From IMG/VR virus record IMGVR_UViG_3300023371_004649: a stretch of 64,000 bases of DNA; one strand, 5' to 3'. The notes beneath the pieces are model-generated. The model was not told the origin of the DNA. It was given only the letters and a program-made list of their open reading frames with translations, and made no database searches. The stretch's first letter is position 1; every line of letters begins with the position of its first letter. The DNA comes from a virus. Taxonomy: Duplodnaviria; Heunggongvirae; Uroviricota; Caudoviricetes. Made by a program: the position numbers and the translations under genes. This document shows, piece after piece, positions 8,902 through 18,469 of this stretch.

Positions 8902-9471
8902 TCAAATGTTAAGCATTTCGTTAGCCCAAAGATAAAGAAGTAACTGAGTTCTTGCAGCACACATTTCGGTTTTAAGTAACTCCTTTACCTCTTCCTTAGA
9001 ATACCAACCAGGCTCAATTTCTTCAAATTCATTATTGTTACCACCAAATTCTCCTTCAGCAATACCAATAATAAACTTGCTTTTTTCGTCGGACATACCA
9101 ACGGCACTAAAGGATTCCCCAAGAGTATGGTTAATAGAAACGAGCTTTAAGCCAGTTTCTTCCCATAATTCTCGAGCTGCGGAATCCATAAAATCCTCAC
9201 CAGGGTCAATTAGCCCCGCAGGAAAATTCATTACATAGCGATTGACCGCAAGCCGAAATTCACGATTTACACAAATTTTCGACTTGTCTTTGTTAAAGAC
9301 GACAATAACCACAGCATCTGTCTTGCCATTCTTCAGGTCTTCGACGGTAAGATTGTGATTATGACTTACAATCTCATAGATTTTCCGATTACCATTTCTG
9401 GTAACATAATTGAGATTGTACTTAGATAGAAACTCTCCCTGAGATACCTTTTCAATGTTTTTCAATTCCAT
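8902..9471 (-). CDS. NUDIX hydrolase (ADP-ribose pyrophosphatase-like)
   Basis: Nudix box GLIDPGEDFMDSAARELWEETGL. Confidence 0.7.
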   Translation of the reverse strand: MELKNIEKVSQGEFLSKYNLNYVTRNGNRKIYEIVSHNHNLTVEDLKNGKTDAVVIVVFNKDKSKICVNREFRLAVNRYVMNFPAGLIDPGEDFMDSAARELWEETGLKLVSINHTLGESFSAVGMSDEKSKFIIGIAEGEFGGNNNEFEEIEPGWYSKEEVKELLKTEMCAARTQLLLYLWANEMLNI

Positions 9472-9474
9472 CTG

Positions 9475-10212
9475 TTAATTCCTCCAATAACAATACATAC
9501 ACTTATACGGGCATTGCTTTTTTTCAGCAAGTAATTCGGTTTTTGCAGAACAACACAAACAACCCTTTCTCTGATAGCCTGCATTATCCACATTATCCAC
9601 TTTAAGCCCAAGCATTACGATATCCTTTTCACTTACGCAGCCAGACTGAAGAGTTTCTTGAAGCTTACCCTCAGCACAAGACTCAATCACAATATGTGGA
9701 TGTCTTGCTTTTACATCTCGCAACATATCGTCTGTCGCAAACATCATGTTATAAGATGCAGTGAAATAATCTCCATAAGGAGGGTCAATATTATTCTCTC
9801 TGAACCTCTCTCGAACATGTGGATACGCATCCATTATACTTACACGAAAACGAGAAAACCCACGGGCAATAGCTTCTTCAAATACTCTTTCTGCACGTTT
9901 TAAGCCCTTCTCGGTAGGAATAATTGGGTCGATACGAATAACTACCCTCTCAGGAGAAACCCCCGCAGAAAGCAATTTCTGAGCTTGTGAGAGCTGGTCA
10001 GTATATCGAGGAATATTAGGCTCTACAACAGTCTGACCATAACCTGTACAAGTAACATGAAAAATCATCTTATTAAAATAGGGACAAGCAGACTCAATTA
10101 CTTTGTCAGTAAGATTCTTAGTAATGAGAATTACTCCATCCATCTTATCCATCTGTTCAACCCAAGAAAAATCAATCGAAGGGTCGCCACGTTCAGTAAT
10201 TCCAATCTTCAT
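9475..10212 (-). CDS. putative Fe-S protein with a C-terminal CPYKCMYCYW cluster (DUF1848-like)
   Basis: C-terminal Cx3Cx2C plus further conserved Cys; 3 nt gap to the downstream gene. Confidence 0.45.
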   Translation of the reverse strand: MKIGITERGDPSIDFSWVEQMDKMDGVILITKNLTDKVIESACPYFNKMIFHVTCTGYGQTVVEPNIPRYTDQLSQAQKLLSAGVSPERVVIRIDPIIPTEKGLKRAERVFEEAIARGFSRFRVSIMDAYPHVRERFRENNIDPPYGDYFTASYNMMFATDDMLRDVKARHPHIVIESCAEGKLQETLQSGCVSEKDIVMLGLKVDNVDNAGYQRKGCLCCSAKTELLAEKKQCPYKCMYCYWRN

Positions 10213-10225
10213 TTACGCGTCCTCC

Positions 10226-10606
10226 TTAATTAGAATAAATTTCCTGCATATCGCTTAGTACAGTCTTGTATTTTTCAAGGCGCATCATGTTTTCCACATG
10301 AACCTGACTCTGCTCAACAGTATTGGAGCCCATAGCCCAAAGATTCTCCATACGAATCATTTCATTTGTCTTCTCGATTTCCGCTTCACACATTTTAACA
10401 ATCCAAGCAGACATAATCTCATCGACTTCCATGACGTGACCAGATTCAAAAATCTTTAACACACCACTTTCAACCTTATCGATAGCTTCTGCAGACTCAT
10501 CATCCCCATCAGAGTAACTAATATTGTCTGCAATACCACAGAGAGACCCACAAAGAGTCTTTGCCTCTTCAACCTTTGCCGAATCGAAAACGATAACCTT
10601 TTTCAT
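10226..10606 (-). CDS. hypothetical protein (126 aa); first gene of the operon
   Basis: ORF downstream of a TATAAT-containing promoter region on the minus strand. Confidence 0.5.
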   Translation of the reverse strand: MKKVIVFDSAKVEEAKTLCGSLCGIADNISYSDGDDESAEAIDKVESGVLKIFESGHVMEVDEIMSAWIVKMCEAEIEKTNEMIRMENLWAMGSNTVEQSQVHVENMMRLEKYKTVLSDMQEIYSN

Positions 10607-10869
10607 ATTTTTTCCTCCAATTTGTTTTTATTTTGGTACTTTATATTATACTTTATAAGGTCTTATTTATATATCTATTATAACATATTTAGCCTTAAAA
10701 GTCAAATAAACAATCCATTTTTTCATTACTTTTTCTCGTTTATTTTTAATAAAAATAGCCAAAATCAACCCCAATATTTTAACATTTATACAAAAATGTA
10801 AAGATAGTGACCTTTACACTTTTCTTTCGAGCAATAAAGTGTTATTATATACCCAAAGGAGATGATTTT

Positions 10870-11601
10870 GTGCAAAAATTTATAATTCTTATACTCACAG
10901 TATTACTTTCTATAAACAATTTGTCTATCGCCCCGATAATAACTGAAAACACAATCGAAACACCATTGGCCGTTTCTGAATTTGAATATTCAGAAGCTCC
11001 TCAAAAAATAAAAAACATCAAAAAAAGCAGAGGCCCAATTCCCGTAGTAAAAAAGAAAAATATTATAAAAACTGACGATATTTTATTTATTGGTAATTCT
11101 CTTATATATGGTATAGATTCTGTAACAGATGAACATACTTTTATATCCAAAATAGGGATAACCATAAAAGGATTAAGAGAAGATGGTTATTACGAAAATC
11201 TTCAGTCCCATTCTTTAGATACCGTCATAATTGAAGTTGGAACAAATGAATTAGGATGGTTTGGTGAAAATAATTTCAAAGACGAATTCGATATATTAAT
11301 CAATAAAATAAAAACCCAAAACTATAAAAGCAATATAATATTAATGACTATCCCACCCGTTTCTGAAAACAGAGACCTCACAGACGAGTATTTTAATAAT
11401 AAAAATGTAGAAAAATATAACCAATACATTAAAGATGTTGCGACAAAATATAATTTAATGTTAATAGATGTTCATGAAATATTAGGAGATGTTTTATCCC
11501 CTTATGATACAGATGATGGAATTCATTTAAGAGGCCATAAATACGAAGAATGGTACCAATTCATACTTGATAAAATAGAAGAAACCAATAAACAACAATA
11601 G
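10870..11601 (+). CDS. secreted SGNH/GDSL-family hydrolase
   Basis: GTG start after RBS AAAGGAGATGA; signal peptide; FIGNSLIYG (block I) and DGIHL (block V). Confidence 0.5.
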   Translation: MQKFIILILTVLLSINNLSIAPIITENTIETPLAVSEFEYSEAPQKIKNIKKSRGPIPVVKKKNIIKTDDILFIGNSLIYGIDSVTDEHTFISKIGITIKGLREDGYYENLQSHSLDTVIIEVGTNELGWFGENNFKDEFDILINKIKTQNYKSNIILMTIPPVSENRDLTDEYFNNKNVEKYNQYIKDVATKYNLMLIDVHEILGDVLSPYDTDDGIHLRGHKYEEWYQFILDKIEETNKQQ

Positions 11602-11675
11602 TTTTAATTATTCTTGATTTTTGCATAAAAATATGTTATAATATAAAAAAGATTATAAAAAGAGGAGAATTAGCA

Positions 11676-12287
11676 ATGTATTACAAACAAATTATCGTTG
11701 TTAATAAAGAATTAGATATGAGTAAAGGCAAAATGGCAGCTCAGGTAAGCCATGCGTCTATGGCATTTTTAACTCGTATGATTCAGCGAAATACCACGAG
11801 AAAATTAGAACATGTTTACCCTGCATGGTCAATCGACCCCAAAAGCAATAAAAAAGAGCCACAAAGATATAGAAGAGAAGATTTAGATAATTGGGCATTA
11901 GAAGCAAGGATTCGGGGAGATGCTTATTTCTGCGCCAAACCCGTTGACCCCAATAACCCATACGGAGAACTCCAACTTTGTGAACAGAATTATCATTACG
12001 AAACAACATTTTCCATTGATAAAGATTTATATGAACAGTGGATGGGCGGTTTATTCACAAAGGTAATTCTTTCTGCCAAAAACGAAAATCAAATGGTTAA
12101 AATTATAGAAAAAGCTAAAGAAGCAGGCCTTATTGAAGGAGAAGATTTTTTTTGTATCAGAGATGCTTGTTTAACAGAGCTAACACCTGACGAAACAGGT
12201 ACACGTTGGACTTGTATTGGATTTGCTCCTATGGATGCCGAAAAAATTGACCCAATCACAAAAAAACTACAACTATTTAAGGAGTGA
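11676..12287 (+). CDS. peptidyl-tRNA hydrolase, PTH2 (archaeal/eukaryotic) family
   Basis: N-terminal IIVVNKELDMSKGKMAAQVSHASMAF matches the Pth2 signature (..DL.MGKGKIAAQC.HA). RBS AAGAGGAG. Confidence 0.6.
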   Translation: MYYKQIIVVNKELDMSKGKMAAQVSHASMAFLTRMIQRNTTRKLEHVYPAWSIDPKSNKKEPQRYRREDLDNWALEARIRGDAYFCAKPVDPNNPYGELQLCEQNYHYETTFSIDKDLYEQWMGGLFTKVILSAKNENQMVKIIEKAKEAGLIEGEDFFCIRDACLTELTPDETGTRWTCIGFAPMDAEKIDPITKKLQLFKE

Positions 12288-12291
12288 TGAA

Positions 12292-12699
12292 ATGTTTCAA
12301 TATAATCTACCAATTCCTCTTCCTATTGGTTCTAAGTTTTATAGAATTAATACGGATTGTTGTAACGCATGCTATTTTCAAAAACAACTAAGAAAAAACA
12401 TTTCTTTATTCCCAGATACTATCGCATTAGCATGTAGCTCTTCTGCTCCTTGTCATACACGATTTAAAGGAGTTATAGAAGAGGAATTAACCCTCCATAA
12501 TTTAGCATATGTCATTGAACTTTGGGGAACTAAAATCTTCGAGACGTATGAAGAGGCCGAAGCCGCAGGAAAAGCCCTTGTAGCTCAACATATTAAACAA
12601 ATGCAAACTATGGGCTATGCCGTAATGGATGATGGAAATATTGAACCAGCAGTTATTGAAGCTTATAAAAATGACCCCACGAGGTTTGATAGGAATTGA
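12292..12699 (+). CDS. hypothetical protein (135 aa)
   Basis: ATG at 12292 with a GGAG RBS. Confidence 0.4.
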   Translation: MFQYNLPIPLPIGSKFYRINTDCCNACYFQKQLRKNISLFPDTIALACSSSAPCHTRFKGVIEEELTLHNLAYVIELWGTKIFETYEEAEAAGKALVAQHIKQMQTMGYAVMDDGNIEPAVIEAYKNDPTRFDRN

Positions 12700-12710
12700 C
12701 CATATTCGGA

Positions 12711-12869
12711 ATGATAATGGGTGCTACCTTCATGTATTTTCTGTTTAAATTCTTGGAGGTTGCCACCCAAGAAATAACAGAACTTAACATATGCGAATAT
12801 ATCAAGCGTACAAGCTGGTTTATATTTATGGGTAGCCTCACCCTTTCATTTCTTGTTATACCACTGTGA
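12711..12869 (+). CDS. small membrane protein (52 aa), absent from the ORF track
   Basis: ATG at 12711 and hydrophobic product; followed by a terminator. Confidence 0.35.
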   Translation: MIMGATFMYFLFKFLEVATQEITELNICEYIKRTSWFIFMGSLTLSFLVIPL

Positions 12870-12877
12870 AAAAACAA

Positions 12878-12912
12878 AAGACTAACGAAAATATTTTCGT
12901 TAGTCTTTTTTA
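12878..12912 (+). terminator. rho-independent terminator
   Basis: gactaacgaaaat-attt-tcgttagtc hairpin followed by TTTTTT. Confidence 0.55.
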
Positions 12913-13089
12913 ATAATTAATCAGCGCTACCGCCACAACAACAATCCACAACATAACCATTATGAATCTTTTTATCATCTCATTTTGGTTTTTTGAATTT
13001 ATTCCTTCATTTACTATTTCAAAAAAATATGCTAATAAATACCCAAAAATAGCACCCAAAAATAAACCGAAAATCAAAATAACAACTCC

Positions 13090-13320
13090 TTACTTTATAC
13101 CAGCAGCAGAATAATTAGTAGTTGCAGTAACAGTTGCAGTATCAGAAGGTGTTGAAATTAACAGAACTACTCCAATTGCGAGTAACCAAATCATACACAT
13201 CCCAAAAATTTCCGCCCATTTATCAACGTTAGAATATTCTCTGCTATCTCGATTCATAGTTTCAAACATTCTAAAAACCATAAACATCGAAACTGCACCC
13301 AATAAAAAACCTGTAAGCAA
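13090..13320 (-). CDS. small membrane protein (76 aa)
   Basis: TTG start with a GGAGGGG RBS; two hydrophobic helices. Confidence 0.4.
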   Translation of the reverse strand: MLTGFLLGAVSMFMVFRMFETMNRDSREYSNVDKWAEIFGMCMIWLLAIGVVLLISTPSDTATVTATTNYSAAGIK

Positions 13321-13467
13321 TTATATACACCCCTCCACCACTTACTGAAACTAAATTATTTGTATCATTTTTATACTATTATATCATAAAAAGCAACAAA
13401 AGTTAATAAATAAGAATGCCTACCCGTTAATATAATATATTAACTCAAAACAAAAGGAGCAGGAAAT

Positions 13468-13878
13468 ATGGATTACTTATCTTTTGAAAATAATCTAGCA
13501 AATTATCTGCGAGGAATTCCTTGTGATATTTTAAAACTAAAGACAGACCTTCGAAATTTTAAGCAGTGTTCCTACACTGGATATATCTTTAGAGGTTTGG
13601 CTTTCAAAAACCCAATTGACCGAAACGATATTCGAGACTCCGAACTTTGTTCTTGGTCGAAGGACCTTTCTGTCGCAGAAAACTTTGCATCTCATGGAAG
13701 ATATCAGTATATTGTGGCAAAAAAAAGCCAAGGTATCTGTATCCAGAGCCTATTAGATTATCTCAAAGATAACAATCTGATGGTCTCCGAATCTCTTATG
13801 AGATGCACTACAAAACACGAACTAGAAGTAATCGATGACATGTATGTCACAGAGTGTTCTGTTATGGAGAGAATCTGA
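13468..13878 (+). CDS. hypothetical protein (136 aa)
   Basis: RBS AAGGAG before the ATG; terminator hairpin overlaps the stop. Confidence 0.45.
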   Translation: MDYLSFENNLANYLRGIPCDILKLKTDLRNFKQCSYTGYIFRGLAFKNPIDRNDIRDSELCSWSKDLSVAENFASHGRYQYIVAKKSQGICIQSLLDYLKDNNLMVSESLMRCTTKHELEVIDDMYVTECSVMERI

Positions 13879-13920
13879 GAAATCAGACTCTCTCCATTTG
13901 TGAATTTTTTCGCAAAAGTC

Positions 13921-13950
13921 TTGTTTCCCAAGGAAAAATATGTTATAATA
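13921..13950 (+). promoter_or_regulatory. sigma-70-type promoter (TTGTTT-N17-TATAAT, conserved motif)
   Basis: ggaaaaatatgttataataaat, about 35 nt upstream of the dut start. Confidence 0.5.
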
Positions 13951-13988
13951 AATACAGAAACGTTAAGAAATAATTGGAGGTAACTATA

Positions 13989-14462
13989 ATGCACAACGTA
14001 AATGTAAAGATTCTGAACCCTATGCTGCACGAAGCAGATATCAGTTATGCAAGCGAACAGGCAGCAGGTGTAGACCTAAGAGCTTGTATCGACAAACCTA
14101 TTATCATCAAGCCTCATCAGATTGTAAAGGTCCCTACTGGTATTGCAATTGCTGCAGAGCTAGGAGAAGACAAGTCATTTGTCGATAACCCGTTTTGTTA
14201 TCTACTCTTTGGTCGCTCTGGTCTTGGAGTAAAACACGGAATCACTCTTGCAAATTCTGTCGGGGTAATTGACGCCGATTATCGAGGAGAAATCGTAGCT
14301 GGTCTAATTAACCATTCTGACGAACCCTTTACTATTAATCCCCTTGATAGAGTGGCTCAGTTAGTTATGATGCCTATTAACCTAATGGCCTTTAACTTCG
14401 TAACAGAACTCAATGATACCGCTCGTGGTAGTGGTGGTTTTGGTTCTACAGGAACTAAATAA
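13989..14462 (+). CDS. dut: dUTP diphosphatase (dUTPase)
   Basis: FGRSGLGVKHGITLANSVGVIDADYRGEI motif; RBS GGAGG. Confidence 0.8.
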   Translation: MHNVNVKILNPMLHEADISYASEQAAGVDLRACIDKPIIIKPHQIVKVPTGIAIAAELGEDKSFVDNPFCYLLFGRSGLGVKHGITLANSVGVIDADYRGEIVAGLINHSDEPFTINPLDRVAQLVMMPINLMAFNFVTELNDTARGSGGFGSTGTK

Positions 14463-14471
14463 TGTAAAATT

Positions 14472-14515
14472 GGAGCCTAGTTGGATACTAACCCAATTGG
14501 GCTCCTTTTATTTTC
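14472..14515 (+). terminator. rho-independent terminator
   Basis: ggagcc-...-ggctcc hairpin followed by TTTTATTTTC. Confidence 0.55.
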
Positions 14516-14534
14516 AATAAATAAGGAGAACATC

Positions 14535-15128
14535 ATGGAAAACAAAAAGAATACAACACGACCTTTTATTCTTGGATTACAAGCCTCACTGATGATTATT
14601 GGTATGTTTTTTTTAGTAGCTTTAACAATTTACATTCAACAACCAAACCCCGTTGAAATAAACCAGATAACATTTGCTGGAAAAGAAACAATACGAAATA
14701 ATAATAAATATGCTTTCGATTTATTTAAATGGGCCCCTGGTTATACAGACCAAGCATTAATCCAAATCGATAATAACACAGGAGATTCTCTTGATTGGAA
14801 TATATCCCTTAAGAATTTAGAAACCGTAGATGAATCCCTGATGAAATCAATTGGTGTTTATATAAAAGAAAATCCAACAAGTAGAGATATTTTACCAATG
14901 TACGATTCTGTAATTACAGACGGATATAAATATTTTGGAACATTATCAGAACTTAAAGACTTAGATTTTATATATAGCACATTAGAAAAGAATAAATCTA
15001 TTAATCTATCAATCCTTTTTCATGTTGCAGAAGATTCAAATATAAAAGAAACTGATTTTGAATTTAGAAATGTATTAAAAGTAAGCATTAATTCAAAAAA
15101 TAATGAGTTTGAAAAAATTTTTGAATAA
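14535..15128 (+). CDS. membrane-anchored hypothetical protein
   Basis: ATG at 14535 with RBS AAGGAGAA; TM segment near the N-terminus. Confidence 0.45.
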   Translation: MENKKNTTRPFILGLQASLMIIGMFFLVALTIYIQQPNPVEINQITFAGKETIRNNNKYAFDLFKWAPGYTDQALIQIDNNTGDSLDWNISLKNLETVDESLMKSIGVYIKENPTSRDILPMYDSVITDGYKYFGTLSELKDLDFIYSTLEKNKSINLSILFHVAEDSNIKETDFEFRNVLKVSINSKNNEFEKIFE

Positions 15129-15134
15129 ATACAA

Positions 15135-15172
15135 ATAACAGAACAAATTTTAGTTTGTTCTGTTATTTTTTG
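15135..15172 (+). terminator. rho-independent terminator
   Basis: aataacagaacaaa-tttta-gtttgttctgttatt hairpin followed by a T-run. Confidence 0.55.
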
Positions 15173-15316
15173 TGCATTATGCATGATTTTTAGATTTTGT
15201 ATTTGGTTAATTCTACAAATTCACAGTTGTTATTATCTGGATAATATGATATAATATAATAAATCGCAAATTCAATTATAATGTGATTTTGACAAATTTA
15301 AAAGGAGGTATAAATC

Positions 15317-15547
15317 ATGGTTATAGATTTAAAAATGGATAACATGTCAGATGTAAAGAAAATCAATGACTTTGCTTGCAAATGTGATTTTAACGTCTAT
15401 GTAAGTGCAAATACAAGCATGGTTGATGCCAAATCCATGTTAGGTTTAACCACTATGGTTGGCAAATCTGGATTACGCCTTGTTTTTCCCGACCATGTTC
15501 ATTTTGAAAAAGTCGAAAAAGCAATGAGAAAAGCAAAATTATTGTAA
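15317..15547 (+). CDS. HPr-family phosphocarrier-like protein lacking the His15 equivalent (Crh-like)
   Basis: VDAKSMLGLTTMVGKSGLRLVF resembles the Ser46 region of HPr (KSIMGVMSLG.GKG..I.I). No His at the HPr active-site position. RBS AAAGGAGG. Confidence 0.4.
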   Translation: MVIDLKMDNMSDVKKINDFACKCDFNVYVSANTSMVDAKSMLGLTTMVGKSGLRLVFPDHVHFEKVEKAMRKAKLL

Positions 15548-15550
15548 ACG

Positions 15551-15597
15551 CCAGGTGTCGCACTTGAAAAAGTTTGTGACATCTGGTTTTATTTTTT
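15551..15597 (+). terminator. rho-independent terminator
   Basis: ccaggtgtc-...-gacatctgg hairpin followed by TTTTATTTTTTG. Confidence 0.5.
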
Positions 15598-15698
15598 GTT
15601 TCCCAGCATATAATATATCAATCAAGGTTTCCTACTTTGTATTGTCATTTAGCCTCCATTTCGTTTTTCGTTTAATTGTACATAGTAAAATCTTCCTT

Positions 15699-15733
15699 GG
15701 TGCCGACTTTTTAGTCGGCATTTTTTATTTTTT
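15699..15733 (+). terminator. rho-independent terminator
   Basis: tgccgac-ttttta-gtcggca hairpin followed by TTTTTTATTTTTT. Confidence 0.55.
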
Positions 15734-15816
15734 CGAAATAGTGTATGAAAGTATAGATATTTTTTACAAAATATGTTATAATAGTATTAGCACAAGACAA
15801 TATATCACATAAAGAA

Positions 15817-16131
15817 ATGGAGTTGATTGTTTTGAACATTTTAAATAAAATTAGACTGTTTTTTACAATAAGTGCACAAGATAAAGAAGATATTATTTCA
15901 AAAGGCTATGGAGCCCCCATTAAAGTAATTTCTAACGGTGGCGGCCACGGCTATCCTCCTATTGAATTGGTTCCAAGAGGATTAACCTACGATACAGTAT
16001 ATGTTAGGGAATCAGTGTATTTAACAGACAAAAATAATCAAGTTCGAGTTTCAAAATTTATAGCTAACTCCAATGATAGATGTGTCTATTGCGAAAATGA
16101 AATTCAACTTTTAGGAGGATTGAAATCCTAA
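15817..16131 (+). CDS. hypothetical protein (104 aa)
   Basis: ATG/TAA overlap (taATGg) with the next gene. Confidence 0.4.
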   Translation: MELIVLNILNKIRLFFTISAQDKEDIISKGYGAPIKVISNGGGHGYPPIELVPRGLTYDTVYVRESVYLTDKNNQVRVSKFIANSNDRCVYCENEIQLLGGLKS

Positions 16132-16658
16132 TGGAAACACCTGAAATACATACAATATCAATTCTATTTACCAGATACACTGATTTTGTTTCTAGGCTTT
16201 TATATTTAGTAAGTGGCAGAAGTTATACACATGTATCTCTTAGTCTAGATACTGATGATACATATTTTTATGGATTTAACACTAAAGGTTTCAGAAAAGA
16301 ATATCCGAAAAAACATAAAAACAGAACAAAAGAAAATATTTGTTATAGAATTGATATATCAGACAAATCATATAAAAAACTAAAAAAGATACTCGAAGAA
16401 TTCGAAAAAAGAAAGCAAAAACTATCTTATAATTGGATAGGTATTTTTTTGTGTATAATAGGTATCCCATTTGTTATGAAAAATAAATTTTTCTGTTCCC
16501 AATTTATTGCTTGGGCACTTCTAACCGCTGGTGTAATTGTTTGGAAGAAAAATTACTCAAGATATTTACCAAGCCATATTAAAAAAGAATTAGATAGCAC
16601 AGAAATTGTCAAAGAAAAAATAATTAATGCCGTTCCAGTGGCATCTTCTAAAAAATAA
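16131..16658 (+). CDS. permuted papain-like (YiiX/DUF830-like) putative hydrolase; paralog of 18470..19009
   Basis: SYTHVSLS (His) followed by FCSQFIAWALL (Cys). About 35% identity to the paralog on the other side of the IS element. Confidence 0.4.
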   Translation: METPEIHTISILFTRYTDFVSRLLYLVSGRSYTHVSLSLDTDDTYFYGFNTKGFRKEYPKKHKNRTKENICYRIDISDKSYKKLKKILEEFEKRKQKLSYNWIGIFLCIIGIPFVMKNKFFCSQFIAWALLTAGVIVWKKNYSRYLPSHIKKELDSTEIVKEKIINAVPVASSKK

Positions 16659-16671
16659 CTTTTTATATTAA

Positions 16672-16710
16672 GAAATAGCAAAATTTTGCTATTTCTTTTT
16701 CTTTTTCTAA
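16672..16710 (+). terminator. rho-independent terminator
   Basis: aaatagcaaaattttgctattt hairpin followed by a T-rich run. Confidence 0.45.
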
Positions 16711-16879
16711 TTTCTTAAAAAACATCTATTTTGTAGGGCAAAATAACGAAAAAATAAGTGTTTTTCAGCACTCTTTTTAGTTATATTTTGTACTATTTTG
16801 CTACTATACTAATAACGTAAACACACATCCGATACCACTACTATTCAACCCGTCTAACGACGGTGCACTTTACAATTTT

Positions 16880-17153
16880 TTGTCGGGATGTTCCCAGTTT
16901 ACAAAAGAATGCACATCGATTAATTCGGTGTGCTTCTTTTTTATTAAAAACACAAAACAAAAATTAACTCAACCACCCTTATCAAAATAATTCCATCGCT
17001 TTTTATTACCTGAGTGCTCTAATTTTGACACTCCCCATGTCTAAAGCCAGGGGATTCTTGAGTACTTAGACAGCGTACATTTCTGCCGCTGAATGGGCAG
17101 GTCTCAAGTTAAGGCTGTGCCATCAGCCCTCCTAAGGCAGAACATATAGTTCC
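16880..17153 (-). ncRNA. candidate TnpB guide RNA (omega-RNA/reRNA), minus strand
   Basis: Immediately 3' of tnpB. Complementary segments GCCGCTGAATGGGCAGG (17089-17105) and CCATTCAGCGCAGG (17176-17189) could form the long-range pseudoknot typical of omega-RNAs. Confidence 0.3.
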
Positions 17154-18214
17154 TTAGGCCGCTGAACTTTTACCATTCAGCGCAGGTGCCTGCATTATAT
17201 TAATTGCACCTACTATATCTCTATGCTGCTTATAACCACAACTACATTTATATAATCTGTCTTTAGCTTTATTATTTGCCCCACAACTTGGGCATTTTTG
17301 GCTTGTGTAGGCTGGATTTACTATTTCTACTTGTATGCCTACTAGTTGTGCTTTATATATTATGTAGTTCTGCAATCTATAAAATGACCAATTGTGCAAA
17401 CTCTTATTGTTTTTACGACTTGTTCTTGTCGTGGCCCTTATATTAGCCAGTTGCTCTAGTTTAATTATACTTACATTATTTTCTAAAGCAAAATTAACTA
17501 CCTCTCGGCTTATTTTGTGGTCTTGGTCATTCATCCAGTCGTTTTCTTTGTGACCTATACGTTTGATTGCTTGTGGTTTCTTTAGTTTGCCGAGTTGCTT
17601 TCTCTTTGTAGCAAATTGACGTTTCTTATGCTTAATCATACGTCCATTACCTACAAATTTAGTTTTGTTATTACTTACTCGGCAAACAGCTGGACATTTA
17701 ATACCTAAATCTACTCCCATTATAACGTCCCCAGAAACGACTGGAGTTTCTTTCTTTTCGTAGGTTATAAATGCCATATATTTATTATTTTTTCTACATA
17801 CTCTTAATAAACCTAAACTATCTTTGTTTTCTAGAAGAGTATTGTAGATTTCAGAGGTTATTTTTGCTGGTATTTTAGTTTTTCTAGATTTAGACTCAAT
17901 CCATAAAGGAAAAGCTATTCCGTCTTCGAATATACTGTAGTTTTGATTGTTTATATACATAGCAGGTTTCTTTAAAACGCTATTCTTTTTTTTTTGTCTT
18001 TATAAATAGACTTAGCATCTCTAATACACTGATTTAGAATAGCAGCTGGAAGTGGTGCATTTACAGTTGCTGTTGTCAGTGGGTCCCACTTCAATTGGCC
18101 ATGTTGGTAGTCAACTATACTATTTACAGTAGCTATATAATCAGAAGTCATAGAATCCAAAATAGAAGCAATAAATTTATTAGGATTTAGTTTCAATTTA
18201 ACAGTTATAACCAA
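17154..18214 (-). pseudogene. tnpB: tnpB (IS605 OrfB) split by a frameshift at a poly-A10 tract
   Basis: N-terminal fragment 17972..18214 (MVITVKLKLNPNK...) and C-terminal fragment 17154..17960 join to about 348 aa. The two frames are separated at A10 (T10 on the plus strand, about 17986-17995). Confidence 0.55.
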
Positions 18215-18469
18215 GCATATAACCTCCTTTCATAGAGAATTTATATATGTTTATTATATATCAAAAACAATAAAAAAGCAAGAAGAAAAGCGCCTTATAT
18301 CCCCACAGCTAAAGCAGGGGGCTTTACGGCGCTAGTCGGTAATATAATAATAGAAAACATTCTAAGATAGAATAAGACCCAAAATTGTACGATAGGTCCT
18401 TTGCTTCTGAACGAAGGATGAGAGAGCATCGCTTATTTTTAGAAAAATAATATAAAGGAGGTAAAAATT

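Larger units (their letters stand above)
16800..18420 (-). mobile_element. IS200/IS605-family (IS1341-like, TnpB-only) insertion sequence; ends approximate
   Basis: TnpB ORF with RuvC and Zn-finger (CPSCGANNKAKDRLYKCSCGY). A GC-rich structured 3' flank at 16800-17153 is the expected omega-RNA/right-end region. A left-end hairpin agcgcc...cccc..gggg..ggcgct lies at about 18289-18335. Confidence 0.5.

Noticed and set aside
15555-15812. 85-aa plus-strand ORF
   Set aside because: It spans two rho-independent terminators and a promoter. No start codon with an RBS; hydrophobic junk product.
17154-18214. Possibility that the two TnpB frames are independent genes (TnpA-like plus TnpB)
   Set aside because: The upstream 80-aa frame has the TnpB N-terminal pattern (KLKLNP...), not a Y1 HuH transposase. 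The frames abut at an A10 tract, so a frameshift or programmed slip fits better.
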